Shown in pieces: positions 34,765 through 44,148 of a stretch of DNA of 64,000 bases. The stretch comes from Longimicrobiales bacterium (lineage in GTDB: Bacteria; Gemmatimonadota; Gemmatimonadetes; Longimicrobiales; Gaopeijiaceae), in the NCBI GenBank assembly GCA_965198065.1, contig CBDAON010000004.1:2048001-2112000 (forward strand), given 5' to 3'. Positions within the stretch are counted from its first letter, which is position 1. Each line of letters begins with the position of its first letter. Both the position numbers and the translations under genes were made by a program. The notes below the pieces were generated by a model. That model did no database searches. It was not told the DNA's origin and saw nothing but the letters and a program-made list of their open reading frames with translations.

Positions 34765-34955
34765 ATACCGGGAAAGCCTCGTTACCTTTCTCCGCGGCCG
34801 TGGTTTCTCTGTCACCATTCCGTTGGAGGGCCTCTCCTTCGGGAGACAACTTCAGCGTTTGAAGATCCTAGGGCTAATCGGGGAATGAACTCAGACGTAG
34901 ACCGGGTCTACGAACTCGTTGGCGTCTTGGCAACGCTACCGGGTCAAGGTCAGTC

Positions 34956-36242
34956 TGACCTGCCCCCAAAAGCGGTACCACCTAGAGTGTTAGTCCAAGC
35001 ACCTCCTTTTGGCTGGGGGGTGGTCCAAGAAGCAGAGGTAGGTTGAGCAGCTTTGGGTCTGGCCGGATCGCTTCGGGGGCCGGGGGTCGATAACCCAGAG
35101 AGCTGTGCGGTCGATGCGTGTTGTATTCGCGCCGCCACTGCTCGATCAGCACCTTCGCCTCCTCCAGCGAATGGAAGATTTCGCGCTTCAGCAGCTCGTT
35201 TCGGAGCGTGCCGTTAAAGCTCTCATTGTAGCCGTTCTCCCACGGGCTGCCCGGCTCGATGAACAGCGTCTTCACGCCTAGCTCACCGAGCCACTGCCGA
35301 ACCACTCGGGCCGTGAACTCCGGACCGTTGTCGGAGCGAAGATTCGCCGGTGGACCGTGCTCGGCAAACAGCTCGCTCAGCGTCTGCAGAACATCGTCCG
35401 CCTGAAGCCTGCGAGTCACCACGATCGCCAGGCACTCCCGGCTGTACTCATCCAGCACCGTCAGCATCTTGAGCGGCCGTCCATCATGCGTCCGGTCCGC
35501 CACGAAGTCATACGCCCATACATGGTGTCGGTACAGGGGCCGCAGTCGGATACAAGAACCGTCGGTCAGCCACAGCCTTCCCTCGTTTCGGCTGCTTACT
35601 TGGCACCTTGAGCCCCTCCTGTCTCCAGATCCGCTCCACCCGCTTGTGGTTCACGGCCCAGCCCTCCGTCCTCAGCATCCCCGTCACCATCCGGTACCCG
35701 CAGCGCCCGAACCTGCGAGCCACCTTCACCACGTCCTCTCTCAGCACCTCCTCATCTTCGCTTCGCTTCGGTATCCGACGCTGCGTCGAGCGTGCCTGGC
35801 CCAACACCCGGCACGCCTTGCGCTCACTCACCCCAAGCCGCTGGCGTACTTGCACCACGCAGCGTCTGCGCCGCTCGGGGCTTAGAAGTTTCCCTCGGAG
35901 GCTTCCTTCAAGATCAGCTTGTCCAGCGTCAGCTCTGCCACCGCCCGCTTCAGCTGTTGGTTCTCCTTCCCTCGAGCTCCTTGAGACGCTTCGCCTGGCT
36001 CAGCTTCATTCCCCCGTACTCCCGCCGCCATCGGTAGTACGTTTGCTCGCTCACCCCCAGGTCTCGCCACACCTCTTTGGTCGTATTGCCGTTCGCCAGG
36101 GCCACCTCCGCCTTGCGTAGCCGGTTGATGATCTGTGCCGGACTCAGCCTCTTTGGTGCGGCCATTGTGCCCTCCCCTTTCGTGTCTTGACCCCGTCCAG
36201 ATTCTAAAACTGGACTCGGTCTCGTTTTAGGGGGGTAGATCA
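34956..36242 (-). mobile_element. IS3-family element type B, copy 2 (full length, frameshifted)
   Basis: Ends TGACCTGCCCCC and GGGGGGTAGATCA; integrase core LRSDNGPEF, SPWENGYNESFN, RPHSSLG. Confidence 0.92.
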
Positions 36243-36440
36243 GACCTCGGCCAGGTCCCGGAACGAGACACACCGGTAGAGGCCCACATCGGCGAGGGCG
36301 CGGCCGCACCGTTCCGGAAAGGAGATTGACTCGCGGTCGTTGTGTGCATCGTACTCCCGGCGATGGCCATCCCGCATGCGGCCGGGAGCACGGGTCTCCG
36401 GCGTGGGACGCGGGTCCGCTTCGATCGCACGGTCGAACAT
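36243..36440 (-). pseudogene. N-terminal fragment of a plasmid/ICE-type hypothetical protein, cut by IS3
   Basis: RALADVGLYRCVSFRDLAEV runs into the IS end; lies directly downstream of the ArdC-like remnant. Confidence 0.35.
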
Positions 36441-36462
36441 CTCTCCAGCTCCTTCCTCGGCG

Positions 36463-36760
36463 TCAGCGGCCCGGACCGAAGCTCCCGGTCGGGACCGGCA
36501 GCGGGAGTTCCGGCCTTACAGTGTGCTGCGGGATGGGAGCGCGGGTGGCGGCCACCGGAGTGGGCTCGCGCTCGGCCTCGCGCTCGCGGCTCCGCGTCAG
36601 CACGAAGTCGGAGATCTTCTGCGCGTCGGCCGCGGCGCGGCGGATCTCGCGGGGATCTTCCTTGAGGGCGGCGACCCACCCCTCGACGTAGGCGGCACCC
36701 CGGCTCGGATCGTGGCCCACCCCCACGCGCTCGCCCGTCATCATCGCACTGACGATTGCG
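36463..36760 (-). pseudogene. ArdC-like antirestriction protein C-terminal remnant
   Basis: GAAYVEGWVAALKEDPREIRRAAADAQKISDFVL matches the ArdC/zincin C-terminal pattern. Confidence 0.65.
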
Positions 36761-36769
36761 GTACGTTTG

Positions 36770-36882
36770 TAACTGACTATCGGGGTATCCCTGCGGGTCA
36801 AGACGCACCGGCGGTCGTGGTGACAGCCTATCGACCGGACCCCACGAGATGGGACGAGACGTGGCGAAGGAGACAGACATGA
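36770..36882 (+). pseudogene. DUF4258-like toxin C-terminal remnant
   Basis: GIPAGQDAPAVVVTAYRPDPTRWDETWRRR*; overlaps the start of the next gene (ATGA). Confidence 0.5.
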
Positions 36883-37097
36883 CCACGAAATTGACCAAGC
36901 GACTCGTTCGTGAAGGCGACTTCGTCGCCGAGGTGGACGTATACCTCATTGAGGAAGAGGGCGGCTGGTCACCGTACCTCTCTCTGGAGGACGCAGGTAA
37001 GCTCGATGCGGTCAGGGAGGCGCTGCGCGCGGGCGACATCACGCGCGGTGCCCAACTCGCAACCCGCCTCTACCGGCTCACGCCGGTCGAAGCGTGA
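36879..37097 (+). CDS. Small hypothetical protein, putative antitoxin partner
   Basis: 72 aa, VREGDFVAEVDV..WSPYLSLEDA.KLD.VREAL; RBS AGGAG; translationally coupled to the upstream remnant. Confidence 0.55.
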   Translation: MTTKLTKRLVREGDFVAEVDVYLIEEEGGWSPYLSLEDAGKLDAVREALRAGDITRGAQLATRLYRLTPVEA

Positions 37098-38041
37098 GCG
37101 CGCTCGACCAGCTTTTTGAGAGATGGCCCGGCTGTGCGAAACCTGATGACGACGTTGCCCAGCATGCCCCTATTGCCGGGCCATACGCCGCGTCGCACCG
37201 TGTGCAGGCGCTCGCGCAATGGACTGACTCCCTGACGCGGGTCGCAGAGCAGCGGTGGCACCACGGGGTTTCAGGCGCGGCCGTGGCGTTGATGGCGGCG
37301 ACGGCGATGCTGCTCCCCGGACTGGCCGTCGCGCAAGACGTCTACTTGCGCGCCGGGATCGACCTGAGCCGGCCGGCCGACACGCACTTCACCGACGCAG
37401 ACTGTGCGAGCATGGTCCCGGCCGCGCTGTACGGCTGCGGCCTGGGCGGCGATGGCGCGCCGCTCCGATCGGTGGGGGACGTCGGCACGGTTGCAGGCGT
37501 TGAGCTTGGGCTCGGGTACACCGTGGCGCCCGCCGTGCGACTGGAGGCCCTCCTGACTTACCAGCCGCGATTCACGTTCGATGGCCAGGCCAACTTCCTG
37601 GAGCCAGACCGTCAGCAATCCGTGTCCGTGGATCTGTCCTCGCTGTCCGGGATCCTGGCCGTGTATGCGGATCTCCCAGGCTTGGGGGTGCGCCCGCTCG
37701 GCCCGTTCAGCCCCTTCGTAGGCGGTGGCCTCGGGGCGGCCCGCGTGGCCAGCGGTGAGACGCGCATGACGTTTCCGAAGACGCGGACCCTCGTGCCGGG
37801 CACCCGCCGAACGGGGTTGACCTGGAGGCTGACGGCCGGCTTGGGGATGTCGTGGGGCGAGCGGGCGACGCTCGATCTCGCGTGGCGGTACACGGATACC
37901 GGTGTCATCGAGACCGGCGCCGGCCAGGGCCGGGTCGAATGGCGCGACGGCAGCCGGGACCCGGTGGTGCTCGATCTGGCGCCGACACAGGCCCAGTTGC
38001 GGAGCCACGGGCTGCACCTGTCTCTGCGGTATGAGCTCTGA
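37094..38041 (+). CDS. Outer-membrane beta-barrel (opacity/porin-like) protein; true start may be downstream
   Basis: Signal-like segment, GLGY, SPFVGGGLG, LDLAWRYTD, terminal LSLRYEL. Confidence 0.7.
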   Translation: MSALDQLFERWPGCAKPDDDVAQHAPIAGPYAASHRVQALAQWTDSLTRVAEQRWHHGVSGAAVALMAATAMLLPGLAVAQDVYLRAGIDLSRPADTHFTDADCASMVPAALYGCGLGGDGAPLRSVGDVGTVAGVELGLGYTVAPAVRLEALLTYQPRFTFDGQANFLEPDRQQSVSVDLSSLSGILAVYADLPGLGVRPLGPFSPFVGGGLGAARVASGETRMTFPKTRTLVPGTRRTGLTWRLTAGLGMSWGERATLDLAWRYTDTGVIETGAGQGRVEWRDGSRDPVVLDLAPTQAQLRSHGLHLSLRYEL

Positions 38042-38144
38042 TCGGGATCATCGATTCTGGCATCACGCAGGGCTGTAGCCCGTGGTGTCACTTTTGTTCC
38101 CGAGGAGTGGGTGGATCGTCTCACCGGGGTGGAGGTAGGTAGCT

Positions 38145-39599
38145 GTGAGTTCAGTCGCCTACAGCGTGGTGATGACGTCCGAAGTCGCCGCCGTGTTGAG
38201 AGGACATCTTCTGCAACACATCAGGAATGGGCAGCGGCAGGAGGACCTCTGTTTCGCCTTGTGGAAGCCGAGCACCGGCAAGACGCGAACGACCGCGGTG
38301 TTGACGGAGGTCGTTCTTCCGATCGCGAACGAAAGACAACTGCATGGCGGCGCGAGTTTTTTGCCTAACTATCTGGACCGGGTGGCGGAGGCTGCGATGT
38401 CGAGGAAAGCCGGCATCGCGTTGCTACACAGCCACTTCACGCCGGGATGGCAGGGAATGAGCGGGGAGGACGTGGACACGGAGCGAAGCACGGCGCCTTC
38501 GATACTTGGGGAGACGGGCCTGCCGCTGATCGGTCTGACCATGGGAACCGATGGGGCACTGAGCGCGCGTTTCTGGACACGGGTCGGGCGACGGGAGTAC
38601 GAACGGCGGTGGTGTGGGAGCGTTCGCATGGTCGGGGACGACTTTGACGTGACGTTCATGGAAAAGCTGGCACCTAAGCCGAGGTTCAAGGAAATGCTGA
38701 AGAGGACCTACTCGGCTTGGGGCGAGGAGAAGCAGCACACGCTCGCCCGGCTGCATTGCGGAGTGGTCGGGGTCGGAAGCGTGGGCGCGATCGTAGCGGA
38801 GAGCCTGGCCCGGATGGGTGTTGAGACCATCAGCCTGATCGACTTCGACACGGTGGAAGAACACAACCTGGATCGGCTTCTCCACGCGAGCGTGGATGAC
38901 ATCGGGTGGTGCAAGGTGGACGTGGCGGGCGAGCACCTGCGCAAGCACGCGACTGCCGACGATGTAGACGTGAGGCTGAACAGGAAGTCGGTGACAAGGG
39001 AGAGCGGCCTAAGGGCGGCGCTGGATTGCGACGTGCTGTTCAGTTGCGTGGATCGGCCCTGGCCGAGACAGGTGCTGAACATGGTGGCGTTCGCGCACCA
39101 CATCCCGGTCGTAGACGGAGGCGTGCACGTCCGCGTCAAGCCGGACGGGTCGATGCGATGGGCCGAGTGGGGCGCACACGTCGCGGTACCGGGCAGGGCG
39201 TGTCTGGAATGCCTCGGCCAGTTCGATCCGGCGAACGTCACGCTAGAGCGGCAAGGTCTGCTTGACGATCCGACGTACATCGAGCGGCTTCCCGGAGACC
39301 ATGTGCTGCGACGGAACGAGAACGTGTTCGGGTTCGCGCTGTCTGCGAGCGGAATGATGATCTGTCAGTTTCTGAGCATGGTCGTGCGACCTGTCGGGAT
39401 TGGTAATCCGGGGACCCAGACCTATCATTTCGCAACCGGGATGATGGACAGCGATGTAAGTTCCGCGTGTACTGCAGAGTGCCTGTACTACGAGCACATG
39501 GGCATGGGGGATCGCTTTCCATTCCCAGTGGTGGAGGCCGACGAAACGAAAGTTGAGCCGAGCGTTGGGGGGGGCGTGGTGGGCGAAATGGCGTCGTAG
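38145..39599 (+). CDS. JAB-domain + ThiF/E1-like adenylyltransferase fusion
   Basis: N-terminal E..LLHSH..MSGED (JAB/MPN-like); GVGSVG, DFDTVEEHNLDR, SCVD, CLEC and C-terminal cysteines. Confidence 0.82.
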   Translation: MSSVAYSVVMTSEVAAVLRGHLLQHIRNGQRQEDLCFALWKPSTGKTRTTAVLTEVVLPIANERQLHGGASFLPNYLDRVAEAAMSRKAGIALLHSHFTPGWQGMSGEDVDTERSTAPSILGETGLPLIGLTMGTDGALSARFWTRVGRREYERRWCGSVRMVGDDFDVTFMEKLAPKPRFKEMLKRTYSAWGEEKQHTLARLHCGVVGVGSVGAIVAESLARMGVETISLIDFDTVEEHNLDRLLHASVDDIGWCKVDVAGEHLRKHATADDVDVRLNRKSVTRESGLRAALDCDVLFSCVDRPWPRQVLNMVAFAHHIPVVDGGVHVRVKPDGSMRWAEWGAHVAVPGRACLECLGQFDPANVTLERQGLLDDPTYIERLPGDHVLRRNENVFGFALSASGMMICQFLSMVVRPVGIGNPGTQTYHFATGMMDSDVSSACTAECLYYEHMGMGDRFPFPVVEADETKVEPSVGGGVVGEMAS

Positions 39600-40254
39600 G
39601 GTGAGGAATTGGTTATGGTTTGGGGGAAGAGCTGGTTCCGATGCGGGGAGAGGCTCTGGATGAATCTGGAGAGGCGACTGACCTGAGGACATCGGCTCGA
39701 ACGAGGTAGAGAAAAGGGGCAACAGCGGGGACCGTCGCGGCGACCGACAGCCAACCGCGGCGTGCTCGCCTACTCGCTCTCGGGCGCGGACACGCAAGCT
39801 TTCGCGATCGGCTAGCCGGGCGAGATCCGGTGGAAGCTGGGATCAGGCTCGACCACCGACGGCAAGGATGGCAACGCGGAAGAGACGCCGACCACCAACG
39901 ACCCTTTGCCTTGGACATCGAGCGGGTCCGGTGAAACGATGTGCCCGAAACCTCAGGTCAGCGGATACTGCGCAGGCGCAGCTTGCGCTCTAGCTCCCAT
40001 CACGATCCAGCAGTCATCCGCCGACATTTCGGCTGAACGGCGAGCCCGCAGGACCAGGTTGAATGCCATTGAATTGGGAGGATAAGCGAGTTGATCAGGA
40101 ACAGAAGAAGCGCGAAGCAGCGGCGAAACTCCGTTCTCGAAAGTCTGGAGATAACACGCGAAGGCGGTAGTACGACTTATGCTGCGAAGCTTGCGGCGGA
40201 ACCATTGGGCGGAACGGCCAAGGTCTGCACGATCACGCACTACTGCCGGACGAC

Positions 40255-41364
40255 TGACCTGCCCCCAAAAGCGGTACCACCTAGAGTGTTAGTCCAAGCA
40301 CCTCCTTTTGGCTGGGGGGTGGTCCAAGAAGCAGAGGTAGGTTGAGCAGCTTTGGGTCTGGCCGGATCGCTTCGGGGGCCGGGGGTCGATAACCCAGAGA
40401 GCTGTGCGGTCGATGCGTGTTGTATTCGCGCCGCCACTGCTCGATCAGCACCTTCGCCTCCTCCAGCGAATAGAAGATTTCGCGCTTCAGCAGCTCGTTT
40501 CAGAGCGTGCCGTTAAAGCTCTCATTGTAGCCGTTCTCCCACGGGCTGCCCGGCTCGATGAACAGCGTCTTCACGCCTAGCTCACCGAGCCACTGCCGGC
40601 CGTCCATCATGCGTCCGGTCCGCCACGAAGTCATACGCCCATACATGGTGTCGGTACAGGGGCCGCAGTCGGATACAAGAACCGTCGGTCAGCCACAGCC
40701 TTCCTCGTTTCGGCTGCTTACTTGGCACCTTGAGCCCCTCCTGTCTCCAGATCCGCTCCACCCGCTTGTGGTTCACGGCCCAGCCCTCCGTCCTCAGCAT
40801 CCCCGTCACCATCCGGTACCCGCAGCGCCCGAACCTGCGAGCCACCTTCACCACGTCCTCTCTCAGCGCCTCCTCATCTTCGCTTCGCTTCGGTATCCGA
40901 CGCTGCGTCGAGCGTGCCTGGCCCAACACCCGGCACGCCTTGCGCTCACTCACCCCAAGCCGCTGGCGTACTTGCACCACGCAGCGTCTGCGCCACTCGG
41001 GGCTCAGTAGTTTCCCTCGGAGGCTTCCTTCAAGATCAGCTTGTCCAGCGTCAGCTCTGCCACCGCCCGCTTCAGCTGTTGGTTCTCCTTCCCTCGAGCT
41101 CCTTGAGACGCTTCGCCTGGCTCAGCTTCATTCCCCCGTACTCCCGCCGCCATCGGTAGTACGTTTGCTCGCTCACCCCCAGGTCTCGCCACACCTCTTT
41201 GGTCGTATTGCCGTTCGCCAGGGCCACCTCCGCCTTGCGTAGCCGGTTGATGATCTGTGCCGGACTCAGCCTCTTTGGTGCGGCCATTGTGCCCTCCCCT
41301 TTCGTGTCTTGACCCCGTCCAGATTCTAAAACTGGACTCGGTCTCGTTTTAGGGGGGTAGATCA
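40255..41364 (-). mobile_element. IS3-family element type B, copy 3 (internal deletion of about 177 bp)
   Basis: Same ends as copy 2; the segment encoding LRSDNGPEF is missing, junction near 40597. Confidence 0.92.
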
Positions 41365-41376
41365 GTAGCACCACGC

Positions 41377-41521
41377 GGGGCCATAGCTCAGTTGGGAGAG
41401 CGCCTGCTTTGCAAGCCCCTTTCTGGCGTTGGTGGGCGTCGGTCAGCGCTGGAATCGTTGAATCGAGCGTTGGTGAGCGCTGGCCAGCGTCGGTGGGCGT
41501 TGGCGCAGTTTTTGGCACAGT
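41377..41521 (+). repeat. tRNA-Ala 5'-half copy (41377-41416) plus 105-bp conserved arm, copy 1
   Basis: First 40 nt identical to 50473-50512; the arm matches 45658-45762 with 9 mismatches. Confidence 0.92.
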
Positions 41522-41865
41522 CTTCTCAGCGCGAGTCCGCCAGGAATCATCGGACGAACTGACGCTGAGCGTTCGGGGTGCATGGCCGATTGCTCCACTC
41601 CTCTGAGAGCACCAGAGGAGCCCTGAGAGTTGCTGCGGCTCGGCGCCGAGCCGTCTCCCGCGTGTTTCCCTCGCCGCTGAAATCCCACAACCCAGGCGCC
41701 TTCTCGGAGCGCCTACCCATTGAGTGTCCGTAGGGGTTGGGTGCGCCGCTTGGTCAAGAATGAAGTGGTCGGATGGGGAGACCCGCCAACTCCTGAAGCA
41801 CCGAGCGGATGCGCGAACTGAATCAGAATGGCGGAGACCCCTGGCACCTGTGGCGATTCGGAGCA

Positions 41866-41883
41866 GTAATGATTATCTGTTAC
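41866..41883 (+). promoter_or_regulatory. Putative Fur/Zur-family operator
   Basis: AT-rich imperfect palindrome GTAATGATTATCTGTTAC about 70 bp upstream of a metal-uptake operon. Confidence 0.5.
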
Positions 41884-41951
41884 CATCCCGCTGGAGCTGC
41901 CGTGGGCGTCGGACGGTCTCAAGTGAGGAGCGAAGGGAGGATCATCCGGCC

Positions 41952-43208
41952 ATGCACCGAAGGCTGCTCTCGCACGTGTGTCTGGCGGCGGTCTGCGCCG
42001 CCTCCGCCGGGCGTGCCCCATCGGTTCAGGCGCAGTCTGCCTTCCGGACGGAGACGACGGTGGAGACCGTACCGGCGCCCCGGCAAGCGCCGCAGCAGCA
42101 GGGCTTCATGAACGTCGGGTTCGTCGGGATGGTGGATTTCGGGTGGTCCACGGAGCCGGACGTGGCCTCGCTCCAGCTTGGCGCGCACGACCCCAAGGTC
42201 CGGGGCTTCACCATTCCCAACGCCGAGCTGACGCTGAATGGGGCGGTGGACCCCTTCTTTCAGGGATTCTCGGCCTTCGTGTACCAGGTGGACGAGGAAG
42301 GGGAGACCGGCGTCGAGCTCGAGGAGATGTACTTCCTGACGATGTCATTACCGTGGAACCTCCAGCTCAAGGGCGGCCAGTTTTTTGCCGAATTCGGCCG
42401 GCAGAACCCGCAGCACCCCCACTCGTGGGCGTTCGTGGACCAGCCCCTGGTGCTCACTCGTCTGCTTGGCCCGGACGGGCTTCGAAGTCAGGGAGCGAGG
42501 CTCTCCTGGCTCCTGCCCACAGCCTGGTACGTCGACACGATGCTGTCGGTTCTGAACAGCGCCGGGGAAGCCGCGTTCAGCTTTCGCTCCGATGAGTCGT
42601 CCGAGATCCACGGGGGCGTGGTCGCGGGGCGCGACGTGCAGGGGGTAGGAGAACTCCTCCTCCTCCCTCGGATCGCGACGTCCGTCGACCTGACGGATAC
42701 TCAGACCGTGCTGGCGGGCGCCTCCGGCGCATTCGGTCCGAACAACTCGGGTCTGGGAGCCCGGACACGGGTCTTCGGCGTGGACGTCTTCTGGAGGTGG
42801 CGCTCCGCGTTCGCTTTCCAGGGGTTTCCCTTCGTGTCGTTCCAGGCCGAGGCGCTCGGCCGCCAGTACGAGGCCGTGGAGCGCGAATCGCCGGAGGATC
42901 CCGATGTGGCGTTGCCTTCGGAGACCCTGAGAGATTGGGGCACGTACGCGGAGATCCTCTGGGGGATCCGGCCGCGTTGGGTCGCGGGCGTGCGGGGAGA
43001 CCTGGTGAGCGGTGAGGACGCCGCGTTCGAGTCCGATCTCCGCAAGGATCGGTACCGGCTTTCGCCGAGCGTCACCTGGTATCCTAGCGAGTTCTCGAAG
43101 GTTCGCCTGCAGTACAACCTGGATGACCGGGAGGGGCTTGGTACGGATCATTCCGTGTGGATGCAGGCGGAGTTCATTCTGGGGGCCCACGCGGCCCATC
43201 AGTTCTAG
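41952..43208 (+). CDS. Outer-membrane beta-barrel associated with Zn/Mn uptake
   Basis: Signal peptide, HDP..GF, FGRQNPQHPHSW.FVDQP, PSEFSKVRLQY, terminal GAHAAHQF. Confidence 0.75.
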   Translation: MHRRLLSHVCLAAVCAASAGRAPSVQAQSAFRTETTVETVPAPRQAPQQQGFMNVGFVGMVDFGWSTEPDVASLQLGAHDPKVRGFTIPNAELTLNGAVDPFFQGFSAFVYQVDEEGETGVELEEMYFLTMSLPWNLQLKGGQFFAEFGRQNPQHPHSWAFVDQPLVLTRLLGPDGLRSQGARLSWLLPTAWYVDTMLSVLNSAGEAAFSFRSDESSEIHGGVVAGRDVQGVGELLLLPRIATSVDLTDTQTVLAGASGAFGPNNSGLGARTRVFGVDVFWRWRSAFAFQGFPFVSFQAEALGRQYEAVERESPEDPDVALPSETLRDWGTYAEILWGIRPRWVAGVRGDLVSGEDAAFESDLRKDRYRLSPSVTWYPSEFSKVRLQYNLDDREGLGTDHSVWMQAEFILGAHAAHQF

Positions 43209-43224
43209 CCCGAAGGAGATGGCC

Positions 43225-44148
43225 ATGAACGGAGTCGCTCGGATCCTCGGCGTCGTGGGCTGGCTAACGGCGTACGGGATGGGTGCGCCCCTCGCGGGCC
43301 AGCTGAGGGTCATCGCGACCACGCCGGATCTCGCGGCGCTCGCCCGGGAGATCGGTGGGAATCGAGTCGACGTGCAGGCTCTGGCGAAGCCCACCGAGGA
43401 TCCACACTTCGTGGACGCGAGGCCCAGCTACATCGTGACCCTCAACCGGGCCGACGTCCTCGTCGAGGGGGGCGCGGACCTCGAGATCGGCTGGCTGCCC
43501 CCGCTTCTCCAGAGTGCTAGAAACGCCAAGCTAACGGCCGGAGCCCCCGGGCGCATTCCCGCTTCCTCTGTGGTCACCATGCTCGAGGTGCCCGCCACGC
43601 TGGACCGCTCGCGCGGGGACGTCCATGCCCTCGGAAACCCCCACTTCATGCTCGACCCGGTGAACGTGCGCCTGATCGGAGCCCTGATAGCAGACCGTTT
43701 AGCGCAGGTGGACCCTCCCTCGGCATCGGTGTACCGGAACAACCTTCAGGACTTCAACGCACGGCTCGACACGAAGCTGGCGGAATGGCAACGCCGGCTC
43801 GCTCCACTTGCGGGCGCGGAGATCGTCACGTACCACCGGGATTTCGTCTATCTGGCAGATCGGTTCAACCTGAACGTCGTGGCCACTCTGGAGGAGAGGC
43901 CCGGGATCGCGCCCTCGCCCGCGCATCTTGCCGACGTGATCGCCACGATGCGGTCCGGAGGCGTACGCGCGATCCTCGTGCAGCCGTTCCAGAACCGTAG
44001 GACCGCCGAGACCGTAGCCCGGCAAACGGGTGCGGTGGTCCTGGACATGCCGCAGCAGCCGGGGGTATTGCGCGGAACGGACGGCTACTTCGATCTGATG
44101 GATTACCTCGTCGGCGCGCTCGCGGGCGGGCTGAGTGAGGGTGGGTGA
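43225..44148 (+). CDS. Metal ABC transporter substrate-binding protein (ZnuA/TroA-like)
   Basis: EDPHFV, GNPHFMLDP, TYH, PGIAPSPAHL. Confidence 0.9.
   Translation: MNGVARILGVVGWLTAYGMGAPLAGQLRVIATTPDLAALAREIGGNRVDVQALAKPTEDPHFVDARPSYIVTLNRADVLVEGGADLEIGWLPPLLQSARNAKLTAGAPGRIPASSVVTMLEVPATLDRSRGDVHALGNPHFMLDPVNVRLIGALIADRLAQVDPPSASVYRNNLQDFNARLDTKLAEWQRRLAPLAGAEIVTYHRDFVYLADRFNLNVVATLEERPGIAPSPAHLADVIATMRSGGVRAILVQPFQNRRTAETVARQTGAVVLDMPQQPGVLRGTDGYFDLMDYLVGALAGGLSEGG

Noticed and set aside
34885..34955. Short ORF start MNSDVDRVYELVGVLATLPGQGQ cut by IS3
   Set aside because: Too short to assign a family with confidence.
36243..40254. Matching inner GAC trinucleotides beside the IS3 type B copies as proof of a cointegrate
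   Set aside because: Only 3 bp; the outer flanks (GTC and GTA) do not match and the joined ends do not form an evident gene.
41377..41416. Additional functional tRNA-Ala genes at 41377 and 45619
   Set aside because: They lack the T-arm and 3' acceptor strand; treated as att-site fragments. An intron-split tRNA is unlikely because an intact copy lies downstream and no separate 3' half was found.
41417..41521. CRISPR array or CRISPR-like repeats
   Set aside because: The repeats are 7-mers at a 10-bp period without unique spacers, and no cas genes are present in the window.
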